Shown: piece by piece, positions 5,711 through 14,344 of the stretch
Position numbering within the stretch: the first letter of the stretch is position 1
Layout of the letters: each line of letters begins with the position of its first letter
Source: a virus
Strand: one strand, 5' to 3'
DNA: 26,724 nucleotides
IMG/VR virus record: IMGVR_UViG_3300048909_000182
Translations under genes and position numbers: made by a program
The notes under the pieces: model-generated
Databases searched by the model: none
Told to the model about the DNA's origin: nothing
The model's input: only the letters and a program-made list of their open reading frames with translations

Positions 5711-7294
5711 TCACCAGGCATAGACGTAGACGCGGCCGTCGCCGCCTTTGCCGCCGGTGCCGGCGGTGGCGCCGGAGCTGTTGCCGCCGCCGCCGCCGCC
5801 TCCTCCGCCGGCGCCGCCTGCGCCGCCTGCCGCGCCGCCGCTGGCTGTCTTCGAGCCTGCGCCGCCTCCGCCCCCGCCGCCGTTGAGGCTGGTTCCGTCG
5901 GTTCCGGTGCCGCCGGTGCCGCCGCCGCTGGTGCCGCCCGTGCCTCCTGTTCCGGCGACGCCGGTGAAGCTGGGCTGGTTGCCGGCTTTGCCGCCGGCCG
6001 CACCGGCCTGGGCGGCCGCGCCGGAGGTGACGCCGCCGCCTGAGCCGCCGCCGGCGCCGCCGAAGACGCTGTTGCCGCCCGCGAAGACGCCTGAGCCGTT
6101 GAGGGAGCCGCCACCGGCGGCGCCGCCGTACTCGGCGTCCGTCCCGGCCGAGGACGGGGACGCGCCGCCGCCTGCGCCGCCGATGCCGGCTGCGCCGGCG
6201 GCGATCGGGTTGCCGCCGCCGCTGACCGCGGCGCTGCTGCCGGTGCCGCCGGGGGTGTTGCGGCCGCCGCCTGAGCCGCCGCTGGCGCCGGAACCCAGGT
6301 TGCCGCCGCTGCCGCCGCCTCCGCCGGCGGCGGCGGCGTAGCTGCCGAACGTGGAGGTGCCGCCTGCGCTGCCGTTGTTAGCCGAGAACGCCCCGACGCC
6401 GCCTGCGCCGCCGGTGCCGCAGGTGACGGCCACCGTCGAGGGGAGGTCGGAGGCGCGGAACAGCTGGATGGTGCAGGCGCCGCCGCCGCCGCCTGTCGGC
6501 CCCGACATCGGTGCGCCGCCCGCGCTCGAGCCGCCGCCGCCGCCGCCGCCTGCGCCGTAGAGGACGACCTCGACGAGGGTGCAGCCTGCGGGTTTCGTCC
6601 AGTTCGTCGGCGACGTCGACGTGAACGCTTGCACGTCAACGGAGCCGCCGGCGGCCGCGGCCGCCCATTTCACCCCGGTCGTCTGTGTGCTGTCGGCGGT
6701 GAGGACCTGGCCGTTCGTGCCGACCGGCAGCTTCGCGGCGGTGTCGGCGCCGCTCGCGACGGCGAGATCGCCTTTGGTGTCCCAGATCGTGTCGGCGGCG
6801 ACGCCGGGGGCGGTCGCCGGGGTCGCCCATTTGACGCCGAGCGTCTGCGTCGAGTCGGCCTGTAGCACCTGGCCGTTCGTGCCGACGGGGAGCCGGGCTG
6901 CGGTGTCGGCTGCGGAGGCGGCGACGATGTCGCCTTTGGCGTCGTAGATGGTGTCGGTCGCGGCGCCGGCCGCGGCCGCAGCCCATTTCACCCCGAGCGT
7001 CTGCGTCGAGTCGGCGGTCAGTACCTGGCCGTTGCTGCCGACGGGGAGTTTGCTGGCGGCGTCGGGGCCGGACGCGGCGGCGAGGTCGCCTTTGGTGTCC
7101 CAGATGCCGTCGGTTGAGACGGTGAGTCCGCTGCCGAGGGTGGCGTAGTCGACCCAGGCTGCGGAGACGACGCGTTCGATCTTGTTGTGGGTGGTGCAGA
7201 CGTACATCGTCCCTTCCGGCAGCCCGGTCACGGCGGGTCTCGAGGCGTGGGTGTTGGGGCCGAGGAAGTGCCCTATGAACGTGGTGGCCGTCAT
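5711..7294 (-). CDS. glycine-rich minor tail / tail fibre protein
   Basis: 527 aa; ATG preceded by AAGGAG. It has three 52-54-aa tandem repeats (D.IWDTKGDL..AS..D.A.KLPVG.NGQVL.ADSTQT.GVKWA) followed by a long Gly-rich C-terminal domain ending GDGRVYVYAW, as in actinophage minor tail proteins. Confidence 0.8.
   Translation of the reverse strand: MTATTFIGHFLGPNTHASRPAVTGLPEGTMYVCTTHNKIERVVSAAWVDYATLGSGLTVSTDGIWDTKGDLAAASGPDAASKLPVGSNGQVLTADSTQTLGVKWAAAAAGAATDTIYDAKGDIVAASAADTAARLPVGTNGQVLQADSTQTLGVKWATPATAPGVAADTIWDTKGDLAVASGADTAAKLPVGTNGQVLTADSTQTTGVKWAAAAAGGSVDVQAFTSTSPTNWTKPAGCTLVEVVLYGAGGGGGGGSSAGGAPMSGPTGGGGGACTIQLFRASDLPSTVAVTCGTGGAGGVGAFSANNGSAGGTSTFGSYAAAAGGGGGSGGNLGSGASGGSGGGRNTPGGTGSSAAVSGGGNPIAAGAAGIGGAGGGASPSSAGTDAEYGGAAGGGSLNGSGVFAGGNSVFGGAGGGSGGGVTSGAAAQAGAAGGKAGNQPSFTGVAGTGGTGGTSGGGTGGTGTDGTSLNGGGGGGGAGSKTASGGAAGGAGGAGGGGGGGGGNSSGATAGTGGKGGDGRVYVYAW
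6638..7111 (-). repeat. three tandem coding repeats (about 157-162 bp each) inside the fibre gene
   Basis: The CCCATTT landmark recurs at 6663, 6825 and 6982 on the plus strand. The protein repeats are aa 62-113, 114-167 and 168-219. Confidence 0.85.
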
Positions 7295-7304
7295 CAGCCG
7301 CTCC

Positions 7305-7589
7305 TTAGGCGATCGGGATCAGGGTTGGGATCACGCCGGTGTCGTCGAGCACACAGGTGCCGTCGCTGTCGACCAGCGGCATCCAGACCAGGGTGTCTGT
7401 AGCCGGGTTGCTACCGCCGCCACCGGTGCCGCCCGCCCAGGCGACCCAGTCGGCCGAATAGTCTGTGCCGAGGTCGTACAGGTCGACGGACAGCTCGAGC
7501 TTCTCGTCGGTCTCGCCGAACGGCTCGGTCCTTAGGCCGCGGCCGACGTACAGCCGGACGATCTCGACGACGTGTTGCTGTTCGGCCAC
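7305..7589 (-). CDS. hypothetical small tail-region protein (94 aa)
   Basis: GTG start at 7589 directly after the upstream stop. High GC3 and a position within the tail module; no recognisable motif. Confidence 0.6.
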   Translation of the reverse strand: MAEQQHVVEIVRLYVGRGLRTEPFGETDEKLELSVDLYDLGTDYSADWVAWAGGTGGGGSNPATDTLVWMPLVDSDGTCVLDDTGVIPTLIPIA

Positions 7590-9404
7590 TTAGCTGCCCG
7601 GGTTCCGTTTCCCGCTGGTGTGGTCGATGTCGTCGGGGTCGTAGAGATAGCTGATCGACAGATAGGGGCGCATCCCGTACGGCGGGTTGATCGGTAAAGG
7701 GCTGTAGTTCGGGAAGTGGTCGGTGCTGAACCTGAGCGTGTACGGGGTGTCCTGCCAGGCCTGCAAGCAGATCGTCGCGCCGGCCGGGAGGTCCGCGTCG
7801 GCGGTCAGGGTCTGCACTTCCCCGAACGGCGGATAGCCGACGTCGTTCCTTGTGTACCAGTCGAGAGAATCGGTCGGGGTCATCGCGGGGTACGGCTGCG
7901 GCAGATGCAGCGGCCGTGTCCAGTGGCCCCAGTTCGGCGGGTAGATCGGGAACGGGTCGTCCGACGTGTAGCCGCCGCCGAGGTCTTCTTCAGGCGGGTC
8001 GGGGAACGCCCAGCTGATCATCGCGCGGTGCGTGTCGCCGGGGCTGACGCGTGTCACGGCGCCCGACTGCGGCTGGAACAGCCTGGCCCCGCGAACGTAC
8101 TCGTCGAACCCGACGATCGGGCCGTGCTCGATCGGCACGTCGTCGTCGGGCAGCTTCGCGTAGTCCACGACGGGGTACTCGATCGAGAAGAAGCCCTCGA
8201 GGTGCTGCAGGTTGCCGGGGGTCGCGACCATCCCTGCTGTGATCAGCAGCAGCCCGTCCCTGGCGGCCTCGGTCAGGCCGCGGTCTTCGGGCAGCCACGC
8301 CGACTTCGTCGGCCCGTCAACCGCGGTTTCCCAGGTGCGCAAGATGCGGACGGTGTTGAACGGCACCCGCACCCATTTCATCGTCGGCACGTCGAACCGT
8401 CCGGGTGTCGAGTCGTACAGGACAGCCGTCTCGGTGTGCGCCTGGATGTGCCAGCCGGACGGGGTTGTCGGGGTGCCCACGAACTCGCTCGGCGGCGGCC
8501 CCGGCGCCGGTGTTTCGTCGGGGGTGCCGCCGCCGTGGGTGACCTCGACGCCGGGCGGCTGCCAGACGGGTTGACCGTCCGGGCCGACGCCGAGGACGTA
8601 GCCGGTGTGGTCGGTGACGGGAGGGGTGTCGGCGGCCTTGAGGAGGTCGGCGAGCTCGACGCCGGACATCGCCCGGTCGACGATGAACCCGTACGAGAGC
8701 AAGCAGTCGCGGAGATAGGTTGAGTGGCCGACGTAGCCGTCGCTGCCGAGCCAGGTGTTGTCGCCGTAGCCGCTGCCGGGGCTGCCCGTGAGCGTCCCGG
8801 GTTGCAGGAGCGCGTCGACGTACAGCTTCCAGACACCTGTGTCGCGGACGGCAGCGACGAAATACCAGGTGCCGACGGTCAGCGGGTTCGCGGCCGACAG
8901 CACGGTGCCGTTCACGAAGACCGAGAACATCCAGTGCGGGCTGACGCCCGGGTAGACGATCAGCGCCCAGCCGTGGCCGCCGCTGTGGATCGGCTGCCCC
9001 TGCCCGATCAGCTCCTCGGCCACTATCGGGGCGGCCTGGAAGTTGACCCAGACGCCGGCGGTGAAGTCGTCGGTGAAGTCGACCATCGGCGACGCGGTCG
9101 GTGTCGAGACCCGTGTTGTGGCGTCGACCCAGAGGGCGGTCGTGGTGCCGGGCGGCCCGGCCGGCTGCCCCCACGTCGGCGGTGTGTAGCTGGTGCCGAC
9201 GACGGCGTCCGAGGTGAGGTGGTGGTTGTTCCCGGACGAGTCATGGGCGACGGTGCCTGTGGTTTCGTCGAGTTTCCACCAGGCCGCGGCCAGCACCGCC
9301 AGTTTCTCGTCCAGCGTGTCGCCGGTCGGGAAGCCGGGCAGGACCGGGTCGGCGCCGCCGACGCGGTGGTCGTGGGCGTGCAGGATCGGTTTCGTCGCCT
9401 TCAT
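7590..9404 (-). CDS. minor tail protein with LamG/concanavalin-A-like lectin domain
   Basis: ATG at 9404 (MKATKPILHAHDH...) overlaps the upstream stop by 1 nt. AAWWKLDETTGTVAHDSSGNNHHL...FTAGVWVNF...GWALIVY...GTWYFVAAVRDTGVWKLYVDA is the LamG_3-type pattern common in phage tail proteins. The 5' extension of the 814-aa ORF is out-of-frame overlap with the upstream gene. Confidence 0.75.
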   Translation of the reverse strand: MKATKPILHAHDHRVGGADPVLPGFPTGDTLDEKLAVLAAAWWKLDETTGTVAHDSSGNNHHLTSDAVVGTSYTPPTWGQPAGPPGTTTALWVDATTRVSTPTASPMVDFTDDFTAGVWVNFQAAPIVAEELIGQGQPIHSGGHGWALIVYPGVSPHWMFSVFVNGTVLSAANPLTVGTWYFVAAVRDTGVWKLYVDALLQPGTLTGSPGSGYGDNTWLGSDGYVGHSTYLRDCLLSYGFIVDRAMSGVELADLLKAADTPPVTDHTGYVLGVGPDGQPVWQPPGVEVTHGGGTPDETPAPGPPPSEFVGTPTTPSGWHIQAHTETAVLYDSTPGRFDVPTMKWVRVPFNTVRILRTWETAVDGPTKSAWLPEDRGLTEAARDGLLLITAGMVATPGNLQHLEGFFSIEYPVVDYAKLPDDDVPIEHGPIVGFDEYVRGARLFQPQSGAVTRVSPGDTHRAMISWAFPDPPEEDLGGGYTSDDPFPIYPPNWGHWTRPLHLPQPYPAMTPTDSLDWYTRNDVGYPPFGEVQTLTADADLPAGATICLQAWQDTPYTLRFSTDHFPNYSPLPINPPYGMRPYLSISYLYDPDDIDHTSGKRNPGS

Positions 9405-10801
9405 CAGGTTGGTGCCGCGTCGTCGTCGAAGATCGATTTGCCGGGCTCGTCGTAGTACGCCTTCGGCGACAGATCGAGTGTCATGGTGATGTCGTCGTAG
9501 ACGGGGTTGGCCGGCTGGCTGGTTTCGTGGACGCCCTCGACGAAGAACGGTTCCGCGTTGAAGCCGCCGCCGCCGGGCGAGGCGATCGTGATCGCGACGC
9601 TGTGGCTGATGTCGATCCTCGAGAGGAGGTCCCAGGCTTCGCCGGAGCCGGCCTGGCCGGGCCGCATCGTCCGGAAGCCGATGTCGGTGACCCGGTTCCT
9701 CGGTTGGGCGTAGTTCGCGACGTAATACTCGGCGAACTTTCTGGTTTCCTCGAGGTCGGTGTTGCCGCCGGTTTTGTGGCGGCGCGTCTGGAGCTCCTGC
9801 GCCGACCACGACCGGATCCCGTACTTCGCCTGCGACGCGAGATCCTTGACGACCTGGCCGGCCAGCTCCGTCTGGGTCAAGGATGTGCCGCGGGGCGCTT
9901 CGGCGGGGGTGGCGGTCGCCTGGTTGATCACCTTCGACAGGCCACGGTTGAACCCGAACCGTCTCAGTTGCGCCATCGGCGGCCCCGCTAAAACGGCGTC
10001 GCCGTCGCCGACGTTCCACTGCACGAACTCCCACAACGACGGGTCCGACAGGCCAGAGTGGACACCGACCGGATCAAACTTTGAGTAGCGGCCGTGGAAC
10101 GCCAGCCGGCCGAACCGGTCGACGTACACGTTCGACGGGGCACCGGGGAACTCGGCGTCGGCCGCCTCCTGAATAACGGAGAGGACGTTTTCGCCCGGCG
10201 AGTAGACGGTCTGGTAGACCTCGACGTTGCCGCTGAACACAACCCAGTATTCGGCGGGGATCCCGACCCCGGCGCCGGACGGCGGCGCCGGCCCGAGGAT
10301 GCCGGTGATGCGGTCGTTGACGAAGTCCGGCTCGAAGAAGATGTTGCCCTCGGACTCCTTCGGCGGCGTCTGGCCGGCCTGGCCCGGTTGGAGCTCGATC
10401 GCCGCCAAGATCTCGAACAGGTCGACCAGCCTGACGGTCAGCATGTTCACCCGTTGCGACGGGTCGAACGAATAGTCGAAGTCTTCGATGAAGCCGCGGT
10501 AGCGGGTGTACCACACGTCGTCCATCGGGTTGTAGCGGCCGATCATCGCCTGCAACAACGGCTCCAGCTTCCCGTAATAGGGGCCGGAGCTGTTGGTGGG
10601 GTCGAGGATCCCGTCCCGGTCGCGGAGCTCGACGGTGGCGCGGCCGGTGTCGGTGCGGTCCAATTCGTACTGGCGGCCACGGTCGATCGTGTAGCTGGTG
10701 ACGAGCGACGGGTGCGCCTGGTCGAGTGCCGTCCACGTCGGCGCCCATTCCAGCGTGTTGTCGTCGAACGCGACCAGGAACCTGCCCGGAGGCGGCGGCA
10801 C
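9404..10801 (-). CDS. distal tail (Dit-like) / minor tail protein
   Basis: GTG at 10801 overlaps the tape-measure stop (TAGTG). 465 aa, immediately downstream of the tape measure as in siphoviruses. Starts VPPPPGRFLVAFDDNTLEWAPTWTALD... Confidence 0.65.
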   Translation of the reverse strand: MPPPPGRFLVAFDDNTLEWAPTWTALDQAHPSLVTSYTIDRGRQYELDRTDTGRATVELRDRDGILDPTNSSGPYYGKLEPLLQAMIGRYNPMDDVWYTRYRGFIEDFDYSFDPSQRVNMLTVRLVDLFEILAAIELQPGQAGQTPPKESEGNIFFEPDFVNDRITGILGPAPPSGAGVGIPAEYWVVFSGNVEVYQTVYSPGENVLSVIQEAADAEFPGAPSNVYVDRFGRLAFHGRYSKFDPVGVHSGLSDPSLWEFVQWNVGDGDAVLAGPPMAQLRRFGFNRGLSKVINQATATPAEAPRGTSLTQTELAGQVVKDLASQAKYGIRSWSAQELQTRRHKTGGNTDLEETRKFAEYYVANYAQPRNRVTDIGFRTMRPGQAGSGEAWDLLSRIDISHSVAITIASPGGGGFNAEPFFVEGVHETSQPANPVYDDITMTLDLSPKAYYDEPGKSIFDDDAAPT

Positions 10802-12957
10802 TAGCGGGCTCCGCGGCGCGGCTGCGGCCTCGCCTTCGCCCGCTTCGTCAGCGCGTCCTCCAACTGCTCCGGGTTCTGCGCCGACGAGTTGAAGGTGCCG
10901 ATATGCACCGTCATCCCGCCTGCGCCGGCGAACGCCGCCGTCCTCGACGGCGGCAGCGTGCCCCCGCGGCCGATCCCGGCGACAGCGCCGATCAGGTTCC
11001 GTGTCTGCGCCAACGACAGGTTCAGCCCGAGGCCGGCAACGAACTTGGACGCGTCGACCGGCCGGAACTTCGCGAACTGATCGTCGCTTTTCTTGCGCAG
11101 GTTCGCGATCTCCTGCTGCCACCGGAACACCTGCTGCGCCTCCTCCAACGTGCGTTTCCCGGTCGACGCCTGTTTCTGCCAGTACCGCAACAGGACGTTG
11201 GCGGTCTTCAGGTCGTCGGCGACGGTTTTGGTTGCCTGGGCGCGTTCGAACGCGAACTCCATCCAGCCGACCTTCTCCTGCCTTGCCTGGTCTGCCGCCT
11301 GCTGAGCCGCCTGCGCCGCCTGCTCATGGACACCCTGGACGTCGAGTTGGTTCTGGATCAGCTTCAGCTGCAGCTCTTTCGTGTCGCCGTACTTCTGGAT
11401 CGCCTTCACGATCAACTGGCGTTGCAGCTCGAGCGCCGCCAAATCGTCGCTCAGCCGTTTCGTCAGTTGCGCCTGCAACATGGCGACGTCGGCGCCGCCG
11501 AGCAGGTTGTCCATCGCCTGCTGGCGTTTCTGCGCGACATCGGCGGCGATCTGCGCGTTCACCTGCAACACCTGGTCTTCCAAGTTGAGCTTGCGGGTGA
11601 TGTCGCCGGTGACGTTGATCCTTGCCTGCAGCTTGCTGACGATCGTCCGGTAGATCGCGATCTGTTTGTCGAGGTTCGTCGTCAAACCGGCCCGGAGTTG
11701 CAGCCGGCCGATCAGCGCGTCGAACATCCGGTTTTGCTGTGCGATCGACGGGCCGCCGGCGCCGATCACGATCCCGCCCGCGGTGGTCAGGTCGCCCGGC
11801 CCCGGTTTCGGCGTCCGCAGGCCTTCGGTGAGGGCGTTGAGCGCGGCGCCGGGCTGCATCGCCTGGATGGCTTTCTTTGCTGCGGCCGTCGGCGGCGTCG
11901 GCGGCGTCGGAAACAATTTCCCCAGCGCGGTGATCCCCTGGAACAGGGCGACTGGCAGCTGCGCGTCGGCCAGTCCTTTCAGCAGGTCACCGAACGAGAT
12001 AATCGACCCGGTTCGCTTCTGGGTCTCCTCGCCGAGCGTCTTGATCCCAACCCGGATGTCGTGCAGGCCGTCGGTGAAGTTCTTCATCTTCGTCGTCGAC
12101 GGCTTGCCGCCCGCCGCATCCATGAAGTCGTTCAGTTTGGTGGTGGCGGTGGTGACGGCCGGGATCAGCTTCTCGCCGATCTTCGTCGCGAGGTCGTCGA
12201 TGTTCGCGGTCAGGATCCGGGTTTGGTTCGCGAGTCCTTCTTGGGTGCGTTGGAAGTCGCCCTGTGGTTTCTGGGTGTCCTGGTAGATGATCTTGATCCG
12301 GGCGAGCAGCTTCTCCTCTTCGGTCAGCTGCGAAGCGTGTTTCTTGCCGGAGTCACGTAGCGCTTCCTGCTGCACCCTTGCCGCCGACAGCCGGACGCCG
12401 TACTCTCTGAGCGGCCGCACCTGGCCGACGAGGCCGGACTGGATCGCCTGAAGCGCCTGCGGCAGCGGGGTGTTCGAGAACGACGCCAGGTCGGCGCCCA
12501 ACTGGGTGAGGTTCTCGGACAGGTCGGCTGCCTGTTTGCCGCCGATCCCAACGGTTGAGAACAGGGCGCCGAATGTCGACGCCGTCTTCAACGCGTCGCG
12601 TTCCGAGATCCCGAACGCCTGGGTGGTTGTTTTCGACCATTCGATGACGCCCTGGCTGGCCTGGTCGAACACCCTGCGGGTCTTCGTTGTTTGTTCGTTC
12701 AGGTCGGACGCCGCGACAACGGACGCCTCGAGCCCCCGTTTCAGATCGTCGAAGACGCGGGCGGCGGTGATGCCGCCAAACACCCCTGTCGCGATCGACC
12801 TGCCCAATCCTCTGAACGCGACGGTGGCGGTCCCAGTGGCACGGCCGGTCTGTTCGATCCCCTTCGTCAGCCCGGCGGTCTGCTGCTGCGCCTGTTTGAT
12901 CTGGCGGCTGTAGGCGGCGGCGTCGAGGACGACCTCGACGATCAGCTTACGGGCCAC
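10801..12957 (-). CDS. tail tape measure protein
   Basis: 718 aa, GTG start. N-terminal region ...FGGITAARVFDDLKRGLEASVVAASDLNEQTTKTRRVF...GISERDALKTASTFGALFSTVGIGG...LGADLASFSN matches the conserved tape-measure core, followed by long helical/coiled sequence. It follows the G/G-T chaperones. Confidence 0.9.
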   Translation of the reverse strand: MARKLIVEVVLDAAAYSRQIKQAQQQTAGLTKGIEQTGRATGTATVAFRGLGRSIATGVFGGITAARVFDDLKRGLEASVVAASDLNEQTTKTRRVFDQASQGVIEWSKTTTQAFGISERDALKTASTFGALFSTVGIGGKQAADLSENLTQLGADLASFSNTPLPQALQAIQSGLVGQVRPLREYGVRLSAARVQQEALRDSGKKHASQLTEEEKLLARIKIIYQDTQKPQGDFQRTQEGLANQTRILTANIDDLATKIGEKLIPAVTTATTKLNDFMDAAGGKPSTTKMKNFTDGLHDIRVGIKTLGEETQKRTGSIISFGDLLKGLADAQLPVALFQGITALGKLFPTPPTPPTAAAKKAIQAMQPGAALNALTEGLRTPKPGPGDLTTAGGIVIGAGGPSIAQQNRMFDALIGRLQLRAGLTTNLDKQIAIYRTIVSKLQARINVTGDITRKLNLEDQVLQVNAQIAADVAQKRQQAMDNLLGGADVAMLQAQLTKRLSDDLAALELQRQLIVKAIQKYGDTKELQLKLIQNQLDVQGVHEQAAQAAQQAADQARQEKVGWMEFAFERAQATKTVADDLKTANVLLRYWQKQASTGKRTLEEAQQVFRWQQEIANLRKKSDDQFAKFRPVDASKFVAGLGLNLSLAQTRNLIGAVAGIGRGGTLPPSRTAAFAGAGGMTVHIGTFNSSAQNPEQLEDALTKRAKARPQPRRGAR

Positions 12958-12966
12958 CGGTCACCG

Positions 12967-13454
12967 TCACCTGTTTTGTTCTGACACCCAGGCGTAGCAT
13001 TGCTCGAGTTGGCGGGCGGTCATGCCGCCGATGTCCTGTGGTCGAAGGTGGCACCAGTGGCCGAGCCACGGCTGCCAGTAGCCGGCGGGATCGACGGGGC
13101 CGGGGGCAACACCGAAGGTGTTGGCGAACCGTCGCCAGAACCGTTGCTGGTCGCGTCGGGCAAAGGGAGGTCGTCGGGCACCTCGACCGACACGTCCATG
13201 AACACCTCGTTCAGTTTCGCGACCGGGATCGCACCAACCACAGCACGGATCTGCCTGCTGGTTTCACCGGGTTCAGCGCGGGCGACCGACACGTGGATGA
13301 GTGCGGCGATGACGCCGGGGTTGAACCCTTCGACGTCGGCGATCTGGTCCAACCCCATTTTCGTGTAGTCCCAGACGACCATCGCTTCGGCCAACGTGAG
13401 TTCGTCGAGGGTGACGAGTTGGTAGGTGCGGCCGTTGACGTTGATCTCAGCCAT
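12967..13454 (-). CDS. tail assembly chaperone G-T fusion made by programmed -1 frameshift at 13167..13161
   Basis: The -1 frame after the heptamer stays open and reads ...ARRDQQRFWRRFANTFGVAPGPVDPAGYWQPWLGHWCHLRPQDIGGMTARQLEQCYAWVSEQNR-stop (TGA 12969-12967), ending 10 nt before the tape-measure GTG. Both frames have high GC3. Confidence 0.65.
13020..13454 (-). CDS. tail assembly chaperone (G-like, zero-frame product)
   Basis: 144 aa between the tail-tube region and the tape measure. It contains the slippery heptamer and overlaps a second open frame (see the G-T product). Confidence 0.75.
   Translation of the reverse strand: MAEINVNGRTYQLVTLDELTLAEAMVVWDYTKMGLDQIADVEGFNPGVIAALIHVSVARAEPGETSRQIRAVVGAIPVAKLNEVFMDVSVEVPDDLPLPDATSNGSGDGSPTPSVLPPAPSIPPATGSRGSATGATFDHRTSAA
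13161..13167 (-). other. X XXY YYZ slippery heptamer C CCT TTG for the G/G-T -1 frameshift
   Basis: Plus strand CAAAGGG is minus strand CCCTTTG. In the G frame the codons are ctC CCT TTG (checked by coordinate phase). Confidence 0.55.
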
Positions 13455-13857
13455 GGTTGAACCCGTCGGCGACCCGGTCGAGGAGCTGTTCGAAGCTGGC
13501 GGTGATGTCGTGTTCGTGCCGTTCTAGGGCGGGTTGCATCGCCCTGTCCATCAACAGGTCGCCAAAGCTGGGCGGGCCGGTCCGAGCGCCGCGGCTGCGC
13601 GGGCCGCGCCCCCGGGTGCCTTTCTGGCGAGGGGCGACGTAGACGACGGTGCGGGTGACACCGACCCGCATCTTCGACCAGTCGACCTTTTTCTTCGCGG
13701 ACATCCGCGGGATCTCTGACATGGCCAAGGCGGAGGCGTCACGTTTGACGGGTTCGGCGACCTGGCGCATCCCTTTCCGCCAGCCGAGGCGGAGGTCGCG
13801 GTCGGTGTGCGCGAACGCCGTATTGACGTCGCGGAGCCCTTTGACGACAACAGCCAC
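13447..13857 (-). CDS. hypothetical tail-associated protein (possibly HK97 gp10-like tail component)
   Basis: GTG at 13857 overlaps the major-tail stop. 136 aa, VAVVVKGLRDVNTAFAHTDRDLRLGWRKGMRQVAEPVKRDA... resembles the N-terminus of gp10-family proteins. The stop overlaps the chaperone start. Confidence 0.5.
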   Translation of the reverse strand: MAVVVKGLRDVNTAFAHTDRDLRLGWRKGMRQVAEPVKRDASALAMSEIPRMSAKKKVDWSKMRVGVTRTVVYVAPRQKGTRGRGPRSRGARTGPPSFGDLLMDRAMQPALERHEHDITASFEQLLDRVADGFNHG

Positions 13858-14327
13858 TACTTCGACGAGCTCGCGGGAGCCGATGCCTCTTCGGTCACGG
13901 TGGGGGTGGTGGCTGACCATTGGAAGGTGCCGCCCGGTGCCGGCTTGAACGTCGCCGTCGTCTCCGACCTGGCGTTCAGAGCGCCGGAGAGGCCGTTGTA
14001 GTCGAACAGGACGCCTTGGCCGCCGAAAGCCGGGTTCGTCGCCGAGACCGCCGCCGACGTCGGCACGACATACACCAAGGTTGTGGTGCCGTTCCGGTAT
14101 AGCGGCTCCAACGTCGCGTGCACCTGGCTGGCCGCGAAGTCGTTCTCGAACTGGATCACGATCGACTCGTCAGCCAGACCGGGCAGGAACTCCCGCGTGC
14201 CGACACTCGAGAAGCCGGATACGTCGACCTGCTCCTTGGTGCCTGGCGTGTCGACGTTGAAGGCGTGGGAACTTAGATCAACTGTCCCGACCATGACCTT
14301 GACGTCTTTGAGCAGGAATTTCGACAA
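13857..14327 (-). CDS. major tail (tube) protein
   Basis: 156 aa; TTG start with AAGGAAG upstream. Its position is between the head-tail joining genes and the chaperones. The beta-rich sequence MSKFLLKDVKVMVGTVDLSSHAFNVDTPG... is typical of siphoviral tube proteins. The call rests mainly on synteny. Confidence 0.6.
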   Translation of the reverse strand: MSKFLLKDVKVMVGTVDLSSHAFNVDTPGTKEQVDVSGFSSVGTREFLPGLADESIVIQFENDFAASQVHATLEPLYRNGTTTLVYVVPTSAAVSATNPAFGGQGVLFDYNGLSGALNARSETTATFKPAPGGTFQWSATTPTVTEEASAPASSSK

Positions 14328-14344
14328 CGTCGATCACTTCCTTT

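Noticed and set aside
5701-6639. 312-aa Ala/Pro/Arg-rich minus-strand ORF, a 197-aa poly-Pro plus-strand ORF (5748-6341), and the 225-aa ORF at 5366-6043.
   Set aside because: These are alternative frames of the GGC/GCC-rich glycine tract of the fibre gene (5711-7294). The composition is what off-frame reading of Gly codons produces.
5711-7294. CRISPR-like or DGR-like repeat structure in the repetitive fibre region.
   Set aside because: The repeats are in-frame coding repeats without spacers. No Cas genes, reverse transcriptase or template-repeat/variable-repeat pair with adenine-specific differences was seen anywhere in the window.
7590-10034. 5' extensions of track ORFs: 814 aa (7590-10034), 572 aa (9404-11122), 360 aa (16665-17747) and 356 aa (to 2790).
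   Set aside because: In each case the extension overlaps the upstream gene out of frame and is Arg/Pro-rich. Sensible protein sequence begins at a start codon that overlaps the upstream stop (9404, 10801, 17258, 2766).
10726-12360. 544-aa plus-strand ORF opposite the tape measure gene. Similar long plus-strand ORFs occur at 7716-8723, 8724-9455, 10094-10804, 17180-17779, 18547-19242, 22588-23025 and 23407-24075.
   Set aside because: They are Arg/Pro/Gly/Ala-rich, low-complexity antisense shadows of well-supported minus-strand genes in G+C-rich DNA. They have no motifs, no RBS and no coupling to neighbours.
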